Origin: Cyanobacteria bacterium P01_D01_bin.156
GTDB taxonomy: Bacteria > Cyanobacteriota > Cyanobacteriia > Phormidesmidales > Phormidesmidaceae
Assembly (NCBI GenBank): GCA_039024555.1
Contig: JBCCQQ010000003.1
Coordinates: 32,001 to 96,000 of the forward strand
Reading direction: 5' to 3'
Length of the DNA: 64,000 bases
Each line of letters starts with the position of its first letter. Within the stretch, counting starts at the first letter, position 1. Positions 42,490-53,268 of the stretch are shown here, piece by piece. The notes beneath the pieces were generated by a model that was given only the letters and a program-made list of their open reading frames with translations, did not search any database and was not told the DNA's origin. Made by a program: the position numbers and the translations under genes.

Positions 42490-45360
42490 TTGAGTTCTGA
42501 AAGACCCACTCTGCTAATCATCGATGGCCACTCCCTAGCGTTTCGCTCCTATTACGCCCACGCTAAAAGCCGTGACGGCGGATTGCGTACATCTACAGGA
42601 ATTCCCACCAGTGTCTGCTTTGGTTTTCTCAAATCCATGAGCGACATGATGGTGGTGGAAAAACCCGATTATGCAGCGGTTGCCTTTGACTTAGCACAAC
42701 CTACGTTTCGCCACGAAGCTGCCGAAACGTATAAGGAAGGTCGGCCTGAAGCACCAGAGGATTTTCTGGAGGATGTGGAAAATCTAAAACAGTTATTGGC
42801 GGGCTTTAAGCTTCCGATTCTAACGGCTCCTGGGTTTGAAGCAGATGATGTCATTGGGACCCTCGCAACTAAAGCAGAACAGGAAGGTTATGCAGTACGT
42901 ATTCTTAGTGGCGACCAGGATCTTTTTCAACTCATTGATAACGATGAACATATTAAGGTGCTGCACCTAGGCAGTACCTTTGGGCGTACCAATGGGTTGG
43001 CCAAAGAGTATGGCATTCGGGAAGTTGAAGAAAAGCTCGGCATTAAACCTGCCCAGGTCATTGATTACAAGGCACTCTGTGGTGACACATCAGACAATAT
43101 TCCAGGGGTGCGCGGCATCGGTAAAAAAACAGCGGTTAAGCTGTTGATGGAGCACCAAAGTCTTGAGGGTGTTTATGCAGCTTTGTCCGAGATGAAAGGT
43201 GCGGTCAAAAAGAAGCTGGAAACAGGTAAAGAAGATGCGGACAAGTCAAAATATCTGGCCACTATTGTTACCGACATTGATTTAGATCTAGATCTAGAAG
43301 ACTGTAAATTGGAAGGCTTTGACGAAGGTGTCGTCATCCCTTTATTGAAAAATCTTGAGTTTCAGCATTTCATTAATCGTCTAAATAAGCTGCAAGAAGC
43401 ATTTGGAGGAGAAGCAAAAGATTACTCAACACCGGTATCTAACACTGTTGAGGATGATGAAATGTCATTTTTCTCAGCCGATGAGACGGATACTGCCAGC
43501 GCTGTTGAGAATATCAATATTCAACCATTGGTGGTGACAACAACTGCTCAGCTAAAAGAACTGGTGGCAAAGTTGGAGAGCCAGACAACAACTCCTGTGG
43601 CATGGGATACGGAAACAACGTCTATTGATCCACTAGATGCCGAGCTGGTGGGAATTGGCTGTTGCTGGGGTGAAGGTTCAAGTGACTTAGCATATATTCC
43701 CATAGGCCATCTTAAAGGAGAACAACTTGCATTAAACGATGTTTTGACGGCACTCAAGCCTATTCTGGAAAGTGCTGTTTATCCCAAGGCATTACAAAAT
43801 TCCAAGTATGACCGAGCTGTCTTTAAGCGGCAGGGCATTGAGCTAGCAGGGATGGTCTTTGATACGATGCTGGCCAGTTACTTAATTAATCCGGAGAATA
43901 GCCACAATCTTACCGATCTATCCCTGCGGTATTTAAACGTGGCGGCACAAAGCTATGAGGACCTAGTACCCAAGGGTAAAACCATTGCAGATATTGGTAT
44001 TGATCAGGTGGCACTTTACTGCGGTGGAGATGTGCATACGACCTATCGGTTAGTGCCTCTTTTACAAGCTGAGTTAAAGCAGGTGGATGCGATCGCTACA
44101 CTCTTCCGCGATATTGAAGTCCCCCTGGAAGCTGTGCTGGCTGACATGGAAGCAACCGGCATCCGCATCGATGAAGCGTACCTAAAACAGTTTTCCGAAC
44201 AGCTCGAAGCTGACCTGTATGAGTTACAAATTAAAGCCTACGACTACGCTGGTGAAGAATTTAACCTCAGCTCCCCTAAACAGCTCAGTGTATTACTGTT
44301 TGAAACCTTAGGGCTGAACAAACAGAAAACCCGTAAAACCAAAACCGGCTATTCCACCAACGCCGCAACCTTAGAAAAATTACAGGGTGATCATCCTGTC
44401 GTGGATTGCATCGTTAACCATCGCACTCTCGCCAAACTTAAATCCACCTATGTAGATGCTTTACCTAGGCTAGTACGAGCTGATACAGGTCGTGTTCACA
44501 CCGACTTTAACCAAGCTGTAACCGCCACAGGGCGTTTGTCATCGTCGAATCCTAATCTTCAGAATATCCCTGTCCGCACGGCCTTTAGTCGCCAGATTCG
44601 GAAAGCGTTTCTGCCACAAGAGGGTTGGTTACTAGCAGCAGCTGACTATTCACAGATAGAGCTCCGTATTTTGACCCACCTTAGTGGTGAATCGGTCTTA
44701 GTCGATGCCTATCGCAATGGAGATGATGTTCACAGTCTGACCGCACAGCTGCTCTTGGATAAGGAAGATATTTCCACGGAAGAACGCCGCATGGGCAAAA
44801 TTATTAACTTTGGTGTGATTTACGGAATGGGTGCAGTACGCTTTGCTCGAGAAATGGGTGTGAGCCGCACCGAAGCAAAATCCTTTATCGACAAATTCAA
44901 CGAGCGTTACTCGCGCATCTTTGAGTATCTGCAACAGATGCAGCGAGAGGCTATTACCCAGGGCTATGTGGAAACTATTCTCGGACGGCGGCGTTATTTC
45001 AACTTTACGAGCAACAGCTTGAAACCACTAAAAGGAAAATCTTCTGAGGAAATTGACCTCGACTATATTCGCCCCGGTGGCTACGATGCTGGTCTACTAA
45101 GAGCCGCAGCCAATGCACCCATTCAAGGCTCTAGTGCTGACATCATTAAGATCGCGATGATTCAGCTGCACGAAGTACTCAAAGGCTATCAGTCAAAGCT
45201 GTTACTACAGGTCCATGACGAACTGATATTTGAAATCCCTCCCGAGGAGTGGCCTGAACTAGAAGAAAAAATTACTCAGATTATGGAATCGGTCGTCAAG
45301 CTATCGGTACCGCTAAAAGTAGAAATCAACGCTGGTCATAACTGGATGGAAGCCAAATAG
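42490..45360 (+). CDS. polA: DNA polymerase I
   Basis: 5'-3' exonuclease (LIIDGHSLAFR, EADDVIG), 3'-5' exonuclease (WDTETT) and polymerase motifs DYSQIELR, KIINFGVIYG and QVHDEL. Confidence 0.98.
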   Translation: MSSERPTLLIIDGHSLAFRSYYAHAKSRDGGLRTSTGIPTSVCFGFLKSMSDMMVVEKPDYAAVAFDLAQPTFRHEAAETYKEGRPEAPEDFLEDVENLKQLLAGFKLPILTAPGFEADDVIGTLATKAEQEGYAVRILSGDQDLFQLIDNDEHIKVLHLGSTFGRTNGLAKEYGIREVEEKLGIKPAQVIDYKALCGDTSDNIPGVRGIGKKTAVKLLMEHQSLEGVYAALSEMKGAVKKKLETGKEDADKSKYLATIVTDIDLDLDLEDCKLEGFDEGVVIPLLKNLEFQHFINRLNKLQEAFGGEAKDYSTPVSNTVEDDEMSFFSADETDTASAVENINIQPLVVTTTAQLKELVAKLESQTTTPVAWDTETTSIDPLDAELVGIGCCWGEGSSDLAYIPIGHLKGEQLALNDVLTALKPILESAVYPKALQNSKYDRAVFKRQGIELAGMVFDTMLASYLINPENSHNLTDLSLRYLNVAAQSYEDLVPKGKTIADIGIDQVALYCGGDVHTTYRLVPLLQAELKQVDAIATLFRDIEVPLEAVLADMEATGIRIDEAYLKQFSEQLEADLYELQIKAYDYAGEEFNLSSPKQLSVLLFETLGLNKQKTRKTKTGYSTNAATLEKLQGDHPVVDCIVNHRTLAKLKSTYVDALPRLVRADTGRVHTDFNQAVTATGRLSSSNPNLQNIPVRTAFSRQIRKAFLPQEGWLLAAADYSQIELRILTHLSGESVLVDAYRNGDDVHSLTAQLLLDKEDISTEERRMGKIINFGVIYGMGAVRFAREMGVSRTEAKSFIDKFNERYSRIFEYLQQMQREAITQGYVETILGRRRYFNFTSNSLKPLKGKSSEEIDLDYIRPGGYDAGLLRAAANAPIQGSSADIIKIAMIQLHEVLKGYQSKLLLQVHDELIFEIPPEEWPELEEKITQIMESVVKLSVPLKVEINAGHNWMEAK

Positions 45361-45379
45361 TTGCCTAACGTTCAAAACG

Positions 45380-45413
45380 ACATGAGGATAATCTCTCACG
45401 GTTATCCTCATGT
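45380..45413. terminator. 12-bp stem-loop between convergent polA and lepA
   Basis: ACATGAGGATAA-N10-TTATCCTCATGT with perfect arms. Confidence 0.65.
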
Positions 45414-45440
45414 ATCAGCAGTATGAACTCCTAGTTCTGG

Positions 45441-47246
45441 TTAGTTTAATTTCAGGACAGCCATAAACGCTTCCTGAGGTACATCTACCGTACCAATAGC
45501 TTTTAGGCGCTTTTTACCTTTAGCCTGCTTTTTCAATAGCTTTTTCTTTCGGGAAATATCACCGCCGTAGCATTTTGACAAGACGTCCTTACGCAGGGCT
45601 GGGATACTAGCGCTGGCAATAATGCGGCTACCAATAGCGGCTTGAATCGGAATCTTAAACTGGTGTCTGGGAATAAGCTCTTTTAGCTTTTCTGCTAAAG
45701 CCTTGCCCACATAGTAGGCCTGATCGCGATGCACAATAGCAGCTAGTGGGTCTACCTTATCGCCATTAATCATTACGTCCAGTTTCACCAAGTGATTAAC
45801 GCGATAATCAATTAGCTGGTATTCCATACTGGCATACCCTCGGGAGCGAGACTTCATCTGGTCAAAGAAGTCAGTAACCACTTCTGCTAAGGGCAATTCA
45901 TACACGAGGGTAGTGCGCCCTTCCGTCAAGTATTTCATGTCCTTAAAGTCACCACGGCGAGTTTGACATAGGTCCATCAGTGTGCCAACAAACTCTTCGG
46001 GGGTGAACATTTCTACCTTGACATAGGGCTCTTCAATCTTTTCTCGTTCCTGAGGATCGGGCAGCTCACAGGGATTGTCAATATTAAGGACTTCACCTTC
46101 AATCGTGGTAACTCTATAAACCACTGAAGGAGCTGTAGTAATTAGATCTAGGTTATATTCCCGCTCCAGACGTTCTTGCACAATCTCCATGTGCAACAGC
46201 CCTAAAAAGCCACAGCGGAAACCAAACCCCATGGCGCTAGAGGTTTCGGGCTCGTATTGCAGAGCGGCATCGTTAAGCCTTAATTTTTCGAGAGCTTCGC
46301 GCAGATCTTCGTAACGGTCCGAATCTGTAGGGAACAGACCACAGAACACCATGGGATTAGCTTCTACATAACCAGGTAAAGGTTCTTCGGCCTTACGCTT
46401 AACCAGGGTAATGGTGTCACCTACACGAGCATCGGCTACAGCTTTGATAGAGGCAGAAATATAACCCACTTCCCCAGCGTGAAGTTCGTCCACTTCTACC
46501 TGATGTGGAGAAAGTACACCTAGCTCATCAATCTCATATTCCTTGCCAGACGCCATTAAGCGGATGCGATCGCGACGGCTCAATGTGCCATCCACAACTC
46601 GGAAATACACAATCACCCCACGATAGCTGTCATAGTAACTATCAAAAATCAGTGCCCGTAACGGCTTTTCTGTATTGTCTTCAGGGTCAGGAACCGTGGC
46701 TACGATAGATTCCAAAATTTCATGGACACCAATGCCTTCTTTAGCAGAGGCCAGAATGGCATTACTGCAGTCTAGGCCGACAATATCTTCAATTTCTTTC
46801 TTTACACGCTCTGGCTCTGCACCGGGTAAGTCAACCTTGTTAAGGACCGGAATGATTTCAAGGTCATTGTCTAGCGCCAGGTAGACATTAGCTAAGGTCT
46901 GAGCTTCTACACCTTGAGAAGCATCCACCACTAATAGTGCTCCTTCACAAGCAGCTAAAGCTCGCGACACCTCATAGGAAAAGTCGACATGACCTGGGGT
47001 ATCGATCAAATTCAGGACATACTGCTCACCATCATCGGCTTTGTAATTCATACGAGCCGCTTGCAGCTTAATAGTGATGCCCCGCTCCCGCTCCAAATCC
47101 ATGGTGTCTAGAACTTGGGATTTCATATCCCGCTCGCTAATCGTCTTAGTGTCCTGCAACAAGCGATCGGCCAGCGTAGACTTGCCATGATCGATGTGGG
47201 CAATGATTGAAAAATTGCGAATGCGAGAAACAGGTACGTCGGTCAT
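45441..47246 (-). CDS. lepA: Translation elongation factor 4
   Basis: [37 protein letters not shown] and [14 protein letters not shown]. Likely start is ATG 47246. Confidence 0.98.
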   Translation of the reverse strand: MTDVPVSRIRNFSIIAHIDHGKSTLADRLLQDTKTISERDMKSQVLDTMDLERERGITIKLQAARMNYKADDGEQYVLNLIDTPGHVDFSYEVSRALAACEGALLVVDASQGVEAQTLANVYLALDNDLEIIPVLNKVDLPGAEPERVKKEIEDIVGLDCSNAILASAKEGIGVHEILESIVATVPDPEDNTEKPLRALIFDSYYDSYRGVIVYFRVVDGTLSRRDRIRLMASGKEYEIDELGVLSPHQVEVDELHAGEVGYISASIKAVADARVGDTITLVKRKAEEPLPGYVEANPMVFCGLFPTDSDRYEDLREALEKLRLNDAALQYEPETSSAMGFGFRCGFLGLLHMEIVQERLEREYNLDLITTAPSVVYRVTTIEGEVLNIDNPCELPDPQEREKIEEPYVKVEMFTPEEFVGTLMDLCQTRRGDFKDMKYLTEGRTTLVYELPLAEVVTDFFDQMKSRSRGYASMEYQLIDYRVNHLVKLDVMINGDKVDPLAAIVHRDQAYYVGKALAEKLKELIPRHQFKIPIQAAIGSRIIASASIPALRKDVLSKCYGGDISRKKKLLKKQAKGKKRLKAIGTVDVPQEAFMAVLKLN

Positions 47247-47667
47247 GGAAGGCAAAAATCCAGGGATGTTATCTAGAAGCGCTTAGCTTATCTTAATGCT
47301 TCATTTCAATACTTTGATGACTCATCAGCTGAGCAGATACTCTTAATACAGTCGTGAGGGCATTGGTTATTGAAATATTCAGTGTAAGTTCGATGGTTTT
47401 GGAGTGCTACCGGGAAAATATTGGACGTAGGGATGACCATTAATAAATCCCGTGACAAGATGAAAAGAAAAAGGAAAGCTTACCCACGAACGGGGATGGT
47501 GAGCTTGCTTCCTCAGTTACCTCAATGCTCTGGATAGCTGGCATAGCTTGACAACGTTGGCAGATGTAATGCTGCTAACTGAGCAAGATAGGTGTGGATG
47601 TTTCTGATCTGGACAGGGAAAACTCGTAAGCAGTATTAGAAATAGGGCCTGTAATTTCTTCCGGACT

Positions 47668-49461
47668 ATGCGATCGCAATTAACAGCTGACTCAGAGCCT
47701 ATGGTCGTTCCCGCTAAAGTTGATAATTCGACCCTCGAAGTCATTCACGATCCCGATGGTCAAATTATTTCTATTAAATGGCCTCAAACGCTCCAAGAGG
47801 CCCCAGATAGCTATCTTTACGAATCTATTAGTAAATTATTTGGCCCAGTAGCTTCTGTCCCATATTTACAGCGTGTTACTCAAGTCCTCACGGATGGAGA
47901 GCAACAACGCTTTCAATGTGTTGTCCGGTGTGGGCCACATCCAGTGGGGCTAGAGTTTATTTTGGACATCGCTGAAGGCTTCGATGGTCTAGGCCAGCGT
48001 TATCTCCGAGGCAAAGGCTCCATCTTATCGGTGGCCGGGGCTGTGATGATGCCTCTCCATTTAAATACCATTGGTATAGTGGCGGCTCCAGCCTCCAACG
48101 CCCAAGCCGGATTACTCGCAAATCTTTCCAATTACCATGGTGTGCTTACGAATATCGCATCTAATATTCGTAAAACCCTCGACCTTGAAACCATTTGGCA
48201 ACAGACCGTAGATGGTCTTGGCTCGCTTTTAGATTTACATCGCTGCTTGGTCTGTGACTATTCCGTAGCGATGCAAACCCTTGATGTCGTTGCTGAGTTC
48301 TCTCAGCCTGAGCTTCAGCCCTGTCTCGGGCAAACTTTTGAACTGGCTGCGAAGGATGACTTTCGCTGCACCATCAATACCCTGAAGCCGGTAATGTCAG
48401 ATTTTGACCGGGAAGATATAGATCAGGGACCCTACACAGTTTTAACAGTAGCCACCTGCTATCGCGACGAACCGAACAGCGTTCTTTTACTGCAAATGCC
48501 ACCCGAACGACCGTGGCACCCGCTGGAGATTGAACTTGTTAATGAACTTACCGATCAGGTAGGCACTGCCATTGCCCACGCCAAACTCTTTCAGGCCAGC
48601 CGTACATTAGCAGACGATCTGCAGCGAGCGAACGAAAAACTCATCGATAAGAATGATGAGCTTGAAGAAGCCAGACGATACGCAGAGGAAGCATCTCGTC
48701 TTAAGAGTGAATTTTTGGCAAATACCTCCCACGAGCTTCGCACCCCCCTTAACGGCATGATCGGTTTTCTCCGATTGGTGCTAGACGGCATGGCCGATGA
48801 TCCAGATGAACAGGAAGAATTTATTGAAGAAGCCCATAAGTCTGCCCTACATCTGCTCAATCTAATTAACGATGTGCTGGATATCGCCAAAATTGAAGCC
48901 GGCAAAATGGAGATTGACCTGAGTGCCGTCAGCCTGCAGGAGCTATTTTCTGATGTGGAAAACTTTACACGTCCCCAGGCAGAGCAGCGAGGATTAGATT
49001 TCAATATCAAGCTGCCTGCCACCTTAGATGAAATTAAGCTGTACGGAAACTACCAGCGGATTTTACAAGTTCTGCTGAATTTAATTGGCAATGCCATCAA
49101 ATTTACTCCTGAGGGAGGAGTCACCATTAAAGCCGAAGTGAAGCCCCAGGAAATTCGATTTCAAAATCGAATTTGGCCTGGGCATATCAAAATTAGCGTA
49201 GAGGATACTGGTATCGGTGTCTCCTTAGAAAAGCAAAATCGGCTCTTTCAGACCTTTAGCCAAGTAGATGGAGAACGTACACGGCAGTACGGCGGTACTG
49301 GATTAGGGTTAGCCATCTCCCAGCGCTTAATAGAAGCTATGGGAGGCAAAGTTCAGTTTATTAGCATGGGCGAAGGTTTAGGCTCTACGGTGACCTTCAC
49401 CGCCATCCTCTATCAAGAACCAGTGATTATTCCTGAAACAGAGGACAAACAGACAGCCTGA
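47668..49461 (+). CDS. GAF-domain sensor histidine kinase
   Basis: GAF (IRKTLDLETIWQQTV...QVGTAIAHA), H-box SHELRTPL, NAIKFT, DTGIG and GGTGLGL. Confidence 0.93.
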   Translation: MRSQLTADSEPMVVPAKVDNSTLEVIHDPDGQIISIKWPQTLQEAPDSYLYESISKLFGPVASVPYLQRVTQVLTDGEQQRFQCVVRCGPHPVGLEFILDIAEGFDGLGQRYLRGKGSILSVAGAVMMPLHLNTIGIVAAPASNAQAGLLANLSNYHGVLTNIASNIRKTLDLETIWQQTVDGLGSLLDLHRCLVCDYSVAMQTLDVVAEFSQPELQPCLGQTFELAAKDDFRCTINTLKPVMSDFDREDIDQGPYTVLTVATCYRDEPNSVLLLQMPPERPWHPLEIELVNELTDQVGTAIAHAKLFQASRTLADDLQRANEKLIDKNDELEEARRYAEEASRLKSEFLANTSHELRTPLNGMIGFLRLVLDGMADDPDEQEEFIEEAHKSALHLLNLINDVLDIAKIEAGKMEIDLSAVSLQELFSDVENFTRPQAEQRGLDFNIKLPATLDEIKLYGNYQRILQVLLNLIGNAIKFTPEGGVTIKAEVKPQEIRFQNRIWPGHIKISVEDTGIGVSLEKQNRLFQTFSQVDGERTRQYGGTGLGLAISQRLIEAMGGKVQFISMGEGLGSTVTFTAILYQEPVIIPETEDKQTA

Positions 49462-49501
49462 TTGATGAGAATGCCTGAGTGACCGGAAGCCATTAAGGCT
49501 C

Positions 49502-50380
49502 TCACAAATATTTAGGCCGTTCCTGCTGTCCGACACTCAAGTGATTTTGCAGCGCTTCCCACTGTTCCGCCTCAATTAAGGTGATCACATCATCCAACTG
49601 ATGCCTGTATCGCTGCAGCATCTTAAGTAAGGCAGGTCGGTTATATTGGGCCATCATCGTACCCAATTCTGGATTACCGCCACCGACCCGACTGGTGTCA
49701 CAAAAACCACTACTCGCAAGGTGTTGTGCCAACTCTTTTACCTGCGGATCGACTTCAGCCAAACAGGTGTGGAGCAAACTGGAACTCACCATCACTGGCA
49801 AATGAGAAATCGCTGCAACAGCTTGGTCATGGGCTGTAGGAGTCGCTGTATAAATCTGAGCCTGCAGCTGGGACGCGATCGCAACAACTTTCTCAGTGGC
49901 ATCTCCATGAGTCGCGGCAACAGGGGTCACAACATAAGGGCGTTGACAAAATAGACCAGCTTCAGCAGCAGCTAAACCAGCCTCAGCTTTACCAGCCATT
50001 GGATGCCCACCCACAAACCTTGGCCATAAAGCCGTAGCTGCAGCCACAATCTCCTGTTTCACAGACCCTACATCCGTCACAATCGTAGACGAGGGCAAAT
50101 GCTCAGCCAGCTGCTTAACCGTTGGCACAATCGCGGCCATCGGTGTACACACAAAAACCATCTCGGCTTTAGCCATCAACCTCAGATCACAACTTGCCTG
50201 TGTAACCACTCCCTGCTCTACAGCAGCATTGACAGTCACCTCCCGTCGAGCTACTCCATACACCTGATATCCCAAATGCTTCAGATCCATAGCTAGACAG
50301 CCGCCAATCAGCCCTAACCCGACGATACCAATGGCAGAATCTTTCTGAGGAGCTGTCGTATTAATAGAGAGCAAAGACAT
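49502..50380 (-). CDS. tyrA: Prephenate/arogenate dehydrogenase
   Basis: GIVGLGLIGG, TDVGSVK, GGHPMAG, HDQAVAAISHLP and DTSRVGGGNP. Likely start is ATG 50380. Confidence 0.95.
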   Translation of the reverse strand: MSLLSINTTAPQKDSAIGIVGLGLIGGCLAMDLKHLGYQVYGVARREVTVNAAVEQGVVTQASCDLRLMAKAEMVFVCTPMAAIVPTVKQLAEHLPSSTIVTDVGSVKQEIVAAATALWPRFVGGHPMAGKAEAGLAAAEAGLFCQRPYVVTPVAATHGDATEKVVAIASQLQAQIYTATPTAHDQAVAAISHLPVMVSSSLLHTCLAEVDPQVKELAQHLASSGFCDTSRVGGGNPELGTMMAQYNRPALLKMLQRYRHQLDDVITLIEAEQWEALQNHLSVGQQERPKYL

Positions 50381-50511
50381 AGAGATATATAAGAAATAGG
50401 ATTGCAATCACCTCAAAGGATGGAGGCACGTAGTTAGTCTGTCAGCGATAAACCAAACGCCCCAAGGGAGTATGTCACAATGAGACACAGCTAGCGAGAG
50501 TCACCGTCCAC

Positions 50512-52080
50512 GTGATTGAAGCAGAGGTTCACCAGCTACTTCGACAATTTTTACGCCAGCAGGGCCACAATCAGTGGCCCCACCATTTGACAATGGCACG
50601 GCTGGTAGCAAGAGCCCTGCGCCTTGGCCGGAGTGCCTTATTGCAAACGGGCAGCACTGCGGCCTATCGAGGTCGGTATCGCCTAAGCTATTTGTTACCA
50701 GCTTTAGTATGGCCAGGCCCTATCGTTTTGGTCGTGCCACAAGCGATTCATCAACAGCTAATACAAGATGAGATTCCAACGCTGTTACAAACCATACCCA
50801 CCATCAAGTCTATTCAGGTTGGCGATTATTGGCCCAGCGAAACCTTTCAAGGCATTTTGATTACAACACCTAGGGCCTGGTTATCGGCTCAGCTAGAGGC
50901 CACCGCCCAAGAACATCAGTGTCCTAGGTTGGCAAATGCATTTCCTACAGATGTTGTGACTGTCATTGACGGTATTGATTCCCTGCTTGACTGGGTGCGT
51001 GCTGAATTGACGTGCAGCCTGGATGATAACGATTGGCATGAGCTAGGGCTGGCTTATTCTGCTTGCCAAGCCATCATTCGTAATTTACGGGTTAAGCTGA
51101 CTCACTTAGCATTTCAGCATCCAGAAAATCCCTACAACTGCTACCTCGCTGATACAGCGGAGTACGCTGCACTATCGGAACTATATGACACACTGGCCGA
51201 TACTCCTTTAGGGCTGGAGGCACTTCCCAAAATTTGGCAGCAGTTACATCAACAGCTATTCGCACAGTCAGAAAGTATGACCTGGGTGCAGCTGAATCGC
51301 GATTCTGGCCAGGTCACCTTAAACTGTGCTCCAGTCAATTTAGCGCATAGGCTTAAACCTGTTTGGCAGCGTCAGCCCGTCGTATTGATTGGAGCTGCCG
51401 TCGATGAAGAACCGAGAGCAGAAAATTATCGACAACGATTAGGACTAGAGGACCTTACCTGTCTCAAATTCACTCCCGATCGTCATCAAGACGGCATTTT
51501 ACTCTACGCACCTGATCGCCTCCCAATGCCCAATAGCCATGAATTCTCCCAAGCAGCATTACAGGAGATTCGGACCCTATTACAGCTACCTGAATCTCGC
51601 CATCAGCTAACGGTTATTTTGGTCGGCGACAATCCTTTGAAGACACAAATGGGCTCGATCTTGGCCGCTGAGTATGGCTCAAGGGTGCAAGTAGAGCGCA
51701 CAGAGTTAACAGACAACGGCATTTTGGTCACTGGTTGGGAGTTTTGGCAAGACTATCGGCTCCGCTGTCCATCCCCAGGCTTATTAATTATCACAACATT
51801 ACCCATACCGTCCTTAGAAAATCCTCTAGTCGCCGGACAAGTTGCTTATTACAAGCAGCGGCGACTAGATTGGTTTCGATTATTCCTGCTACCAGCGGCA
51901 TTACAGACGCTCCAGCTTGCGATCGCACCCATTAGCGCCCAACAGGGTAAAGTAGCCTTGCTAGATAATCGCCTTAACCACCGTAGCTATGGACGAACTA
52001 TCCTGACAACTTTGGATCCAATCACCCAAAGCACATATCTAGATACCCATTGGATTTCCCCTGTGAATCAAGCGCTATAA
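50512..52080 (+). CDS. DinG-like helicase family protein (cyanobacterial, degenerate ATPase motifs)
   Basis: RLSYLLPAL, LIITTLP..ENPLV and VALLDNR..YG resemble DinG/Helicase_C_2 motifs. Walker A and DEAH are not recognisable. Confidence 0.75.
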   Translation: MIEAEVHQLLRQFLRQQGHNQWPHHLTMARLVARALRLGRSALLQTGSTAAYRGRYRLSYLLPALVWPGPIVLVVPQAIHQQLIQDEIPTLLQTIPTIKSIQVGDYWPSETFQGILITTPRAWLSAQLEATAQEHQCPRLANAFPTDVVTVIDGIDSLLDWVRAELTCSLDDNDWHELGLAYSACQAIIRNLRVKLTHLAFQHPENPYNCYLADTAEYAALSELYDTLADTPLGLEALPKIWQQLHQQLFAQSESMTWVQLNRDSGQVTLNCAPVNLAHRLKPVWQRQPVVLIGAAVDEEPRAENYRQRLGLEDLTCLKFTPDRHQDGILLYAPDRLPMPNSHEFSQAALQEIRTLLQLPESRHQLTVILVGDNPLKTQMGSILAAEYGSRVQVERTELTDNGILVTGWEFWQDYRLRCPSPGLLIITTLPIPSLENPLVAGQVAYYKQRRLDWFRLFLLPAALQTLQLAIAPISAQQGKVALLDNRLNHRSYGRTILTTLDPITQSTYLDTHWISPVNQAL

Positions 52081-52112
52081 TTATGTCGACGCTACAAAAT
52101 CCATAGTGAACC

Positions 52113-52328
52113 ATGGGAGAGGCAAAACGACGGCAGTCAAAATTAGGCAATGATTACGGCCAGCCTGATCGTATTTTTCCTTGGCTACCCGTTACGAAGC
52201 AGCAATCCGAAGCTTTTGTCGCTTGGACCACTCGTGGAGCATGGCTAGGAATTGCAGGGATGATTTTGTTTTGGCTCACTGTTCGATTTATTGGCCCCGC
52301 ATTGGGTTGGTGGACCTTAGCCAACTAA
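52113..52328 (+). CDS. DUF2839 family membrane protein
   Basis: MGEAKRR...TTRGAWLGI...TVRFIGPALGWW. Confidence 0.85.
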   Translation: MGEAKRRQSKLGNDYGQPDRIFPWLPVTKQQSEAFVAWTTRGAWLGIAGMILFWLTVRFIGPALGWWTLAN

Positions 52329-52808
52329 AAAATCTAAATTTCCTAAAAATAATGAGTAAAGATCTTCTTTTTTGCTGGAAACCGTTACAAAGGAGACCTT
52401 CTACCTAGACAGATGGTTCTAAGGTAGCTAATGTATGGCAAATGTCAGATTTTTTTAACTATCATCAATTCAGACATGATGAGGAAGTCCTAATCATTGT
52501 CTACTGACTTTTGATTTATTCCTTATCAGACCTTTTATATTGATTATCCTGCTTCTGCTACAGCAAAGCTGGGTAATTTGATTACATCATTTCGAAGTGC
52601 ATATCTTTGGAATGAGTAGTTAACTGGTTCAGAGGTATTTTATGGCATTGTCCACAGGTTAAATTCTCTGAAGAAGATAGATTGCTTCACCTGAATTTGT
52701 GATGTTGAGCGTGAAGGTTAAGAAGAGCTAATCAAAGAGTTCATAAAAAATATTAAGCAAAATTTAAGATTGAACCTTACAATGTGACCGGTGGGAAGGA
52801 GAACGCAA

Positions 52809-53150
52809 ATGTTTGTTCGACTTGCAGAGCAGCACCGCCAATTCGTTAAAGATTTGGTCCTTAATCTCAAGGCGTTGGCTATTGTCCTGGAAAATCAGGG
52901 CTATTTAGCGTCTTGTTATACATGCGGTGATCAGCTCAATAGTGCTTCATTTATGGTCAGCCTTGGCAATGACCATCTAATTCGTTTTCTCGTATCAGAC
53001 TACGGGATCACATGGACAGAGATGCGTGATGATCGTGAACTCATGAAGTTGGAGGGCGCCGAAGCCATTAATCAGCTGCAAGAGTTGGCAAACTTGGTGA
53101 AATATCGTATTCAGCCTGTTGAGTATCAGGTAGCTTACCGCTCTGCCTAA
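52809..53150 (+). CDS. DUF1815 family protein
   Basis: MFVRLAEQHRQFVKDLV...ASCYTCG...IRFLVSDYGITWTE. ATG 52809 is the preferred start. Confidence 0.85.
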   Translation: MFVRLAEQHRQFVKDLVLNLKALAIVLENQGYLASCYTCGDQLNSASFMVSLGNDHLIRFLVSDYGITWTEMRDDRELMKLEGAEAINQLQELANLVKYRIQPVEYQVAYRSA

Positions 53151-53192
53151 GGCAGGTACTCTTGAGATCAGATTGTAAGTTCGTCGATAAAC

Positions 53193-53206
53193 GTAATCTA
53201 TGTTAC
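53193..53206. promoter_or_regulatory. Possible NtcA box (GTA-N8-TAC)
   Basis: GTAATCTATGTTAC is intergenic, 62 bp upstream of the hydrolase start. No TAN3T was found at the canonical 22-nt spacing. Confidence 0.4.
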
Positions 53207-53268
53207 AAGAGTAATAGTGGCTCTAAGTTAAGTGATAGGCCACTCAATGCTTTTTTGGAGCCACACTG

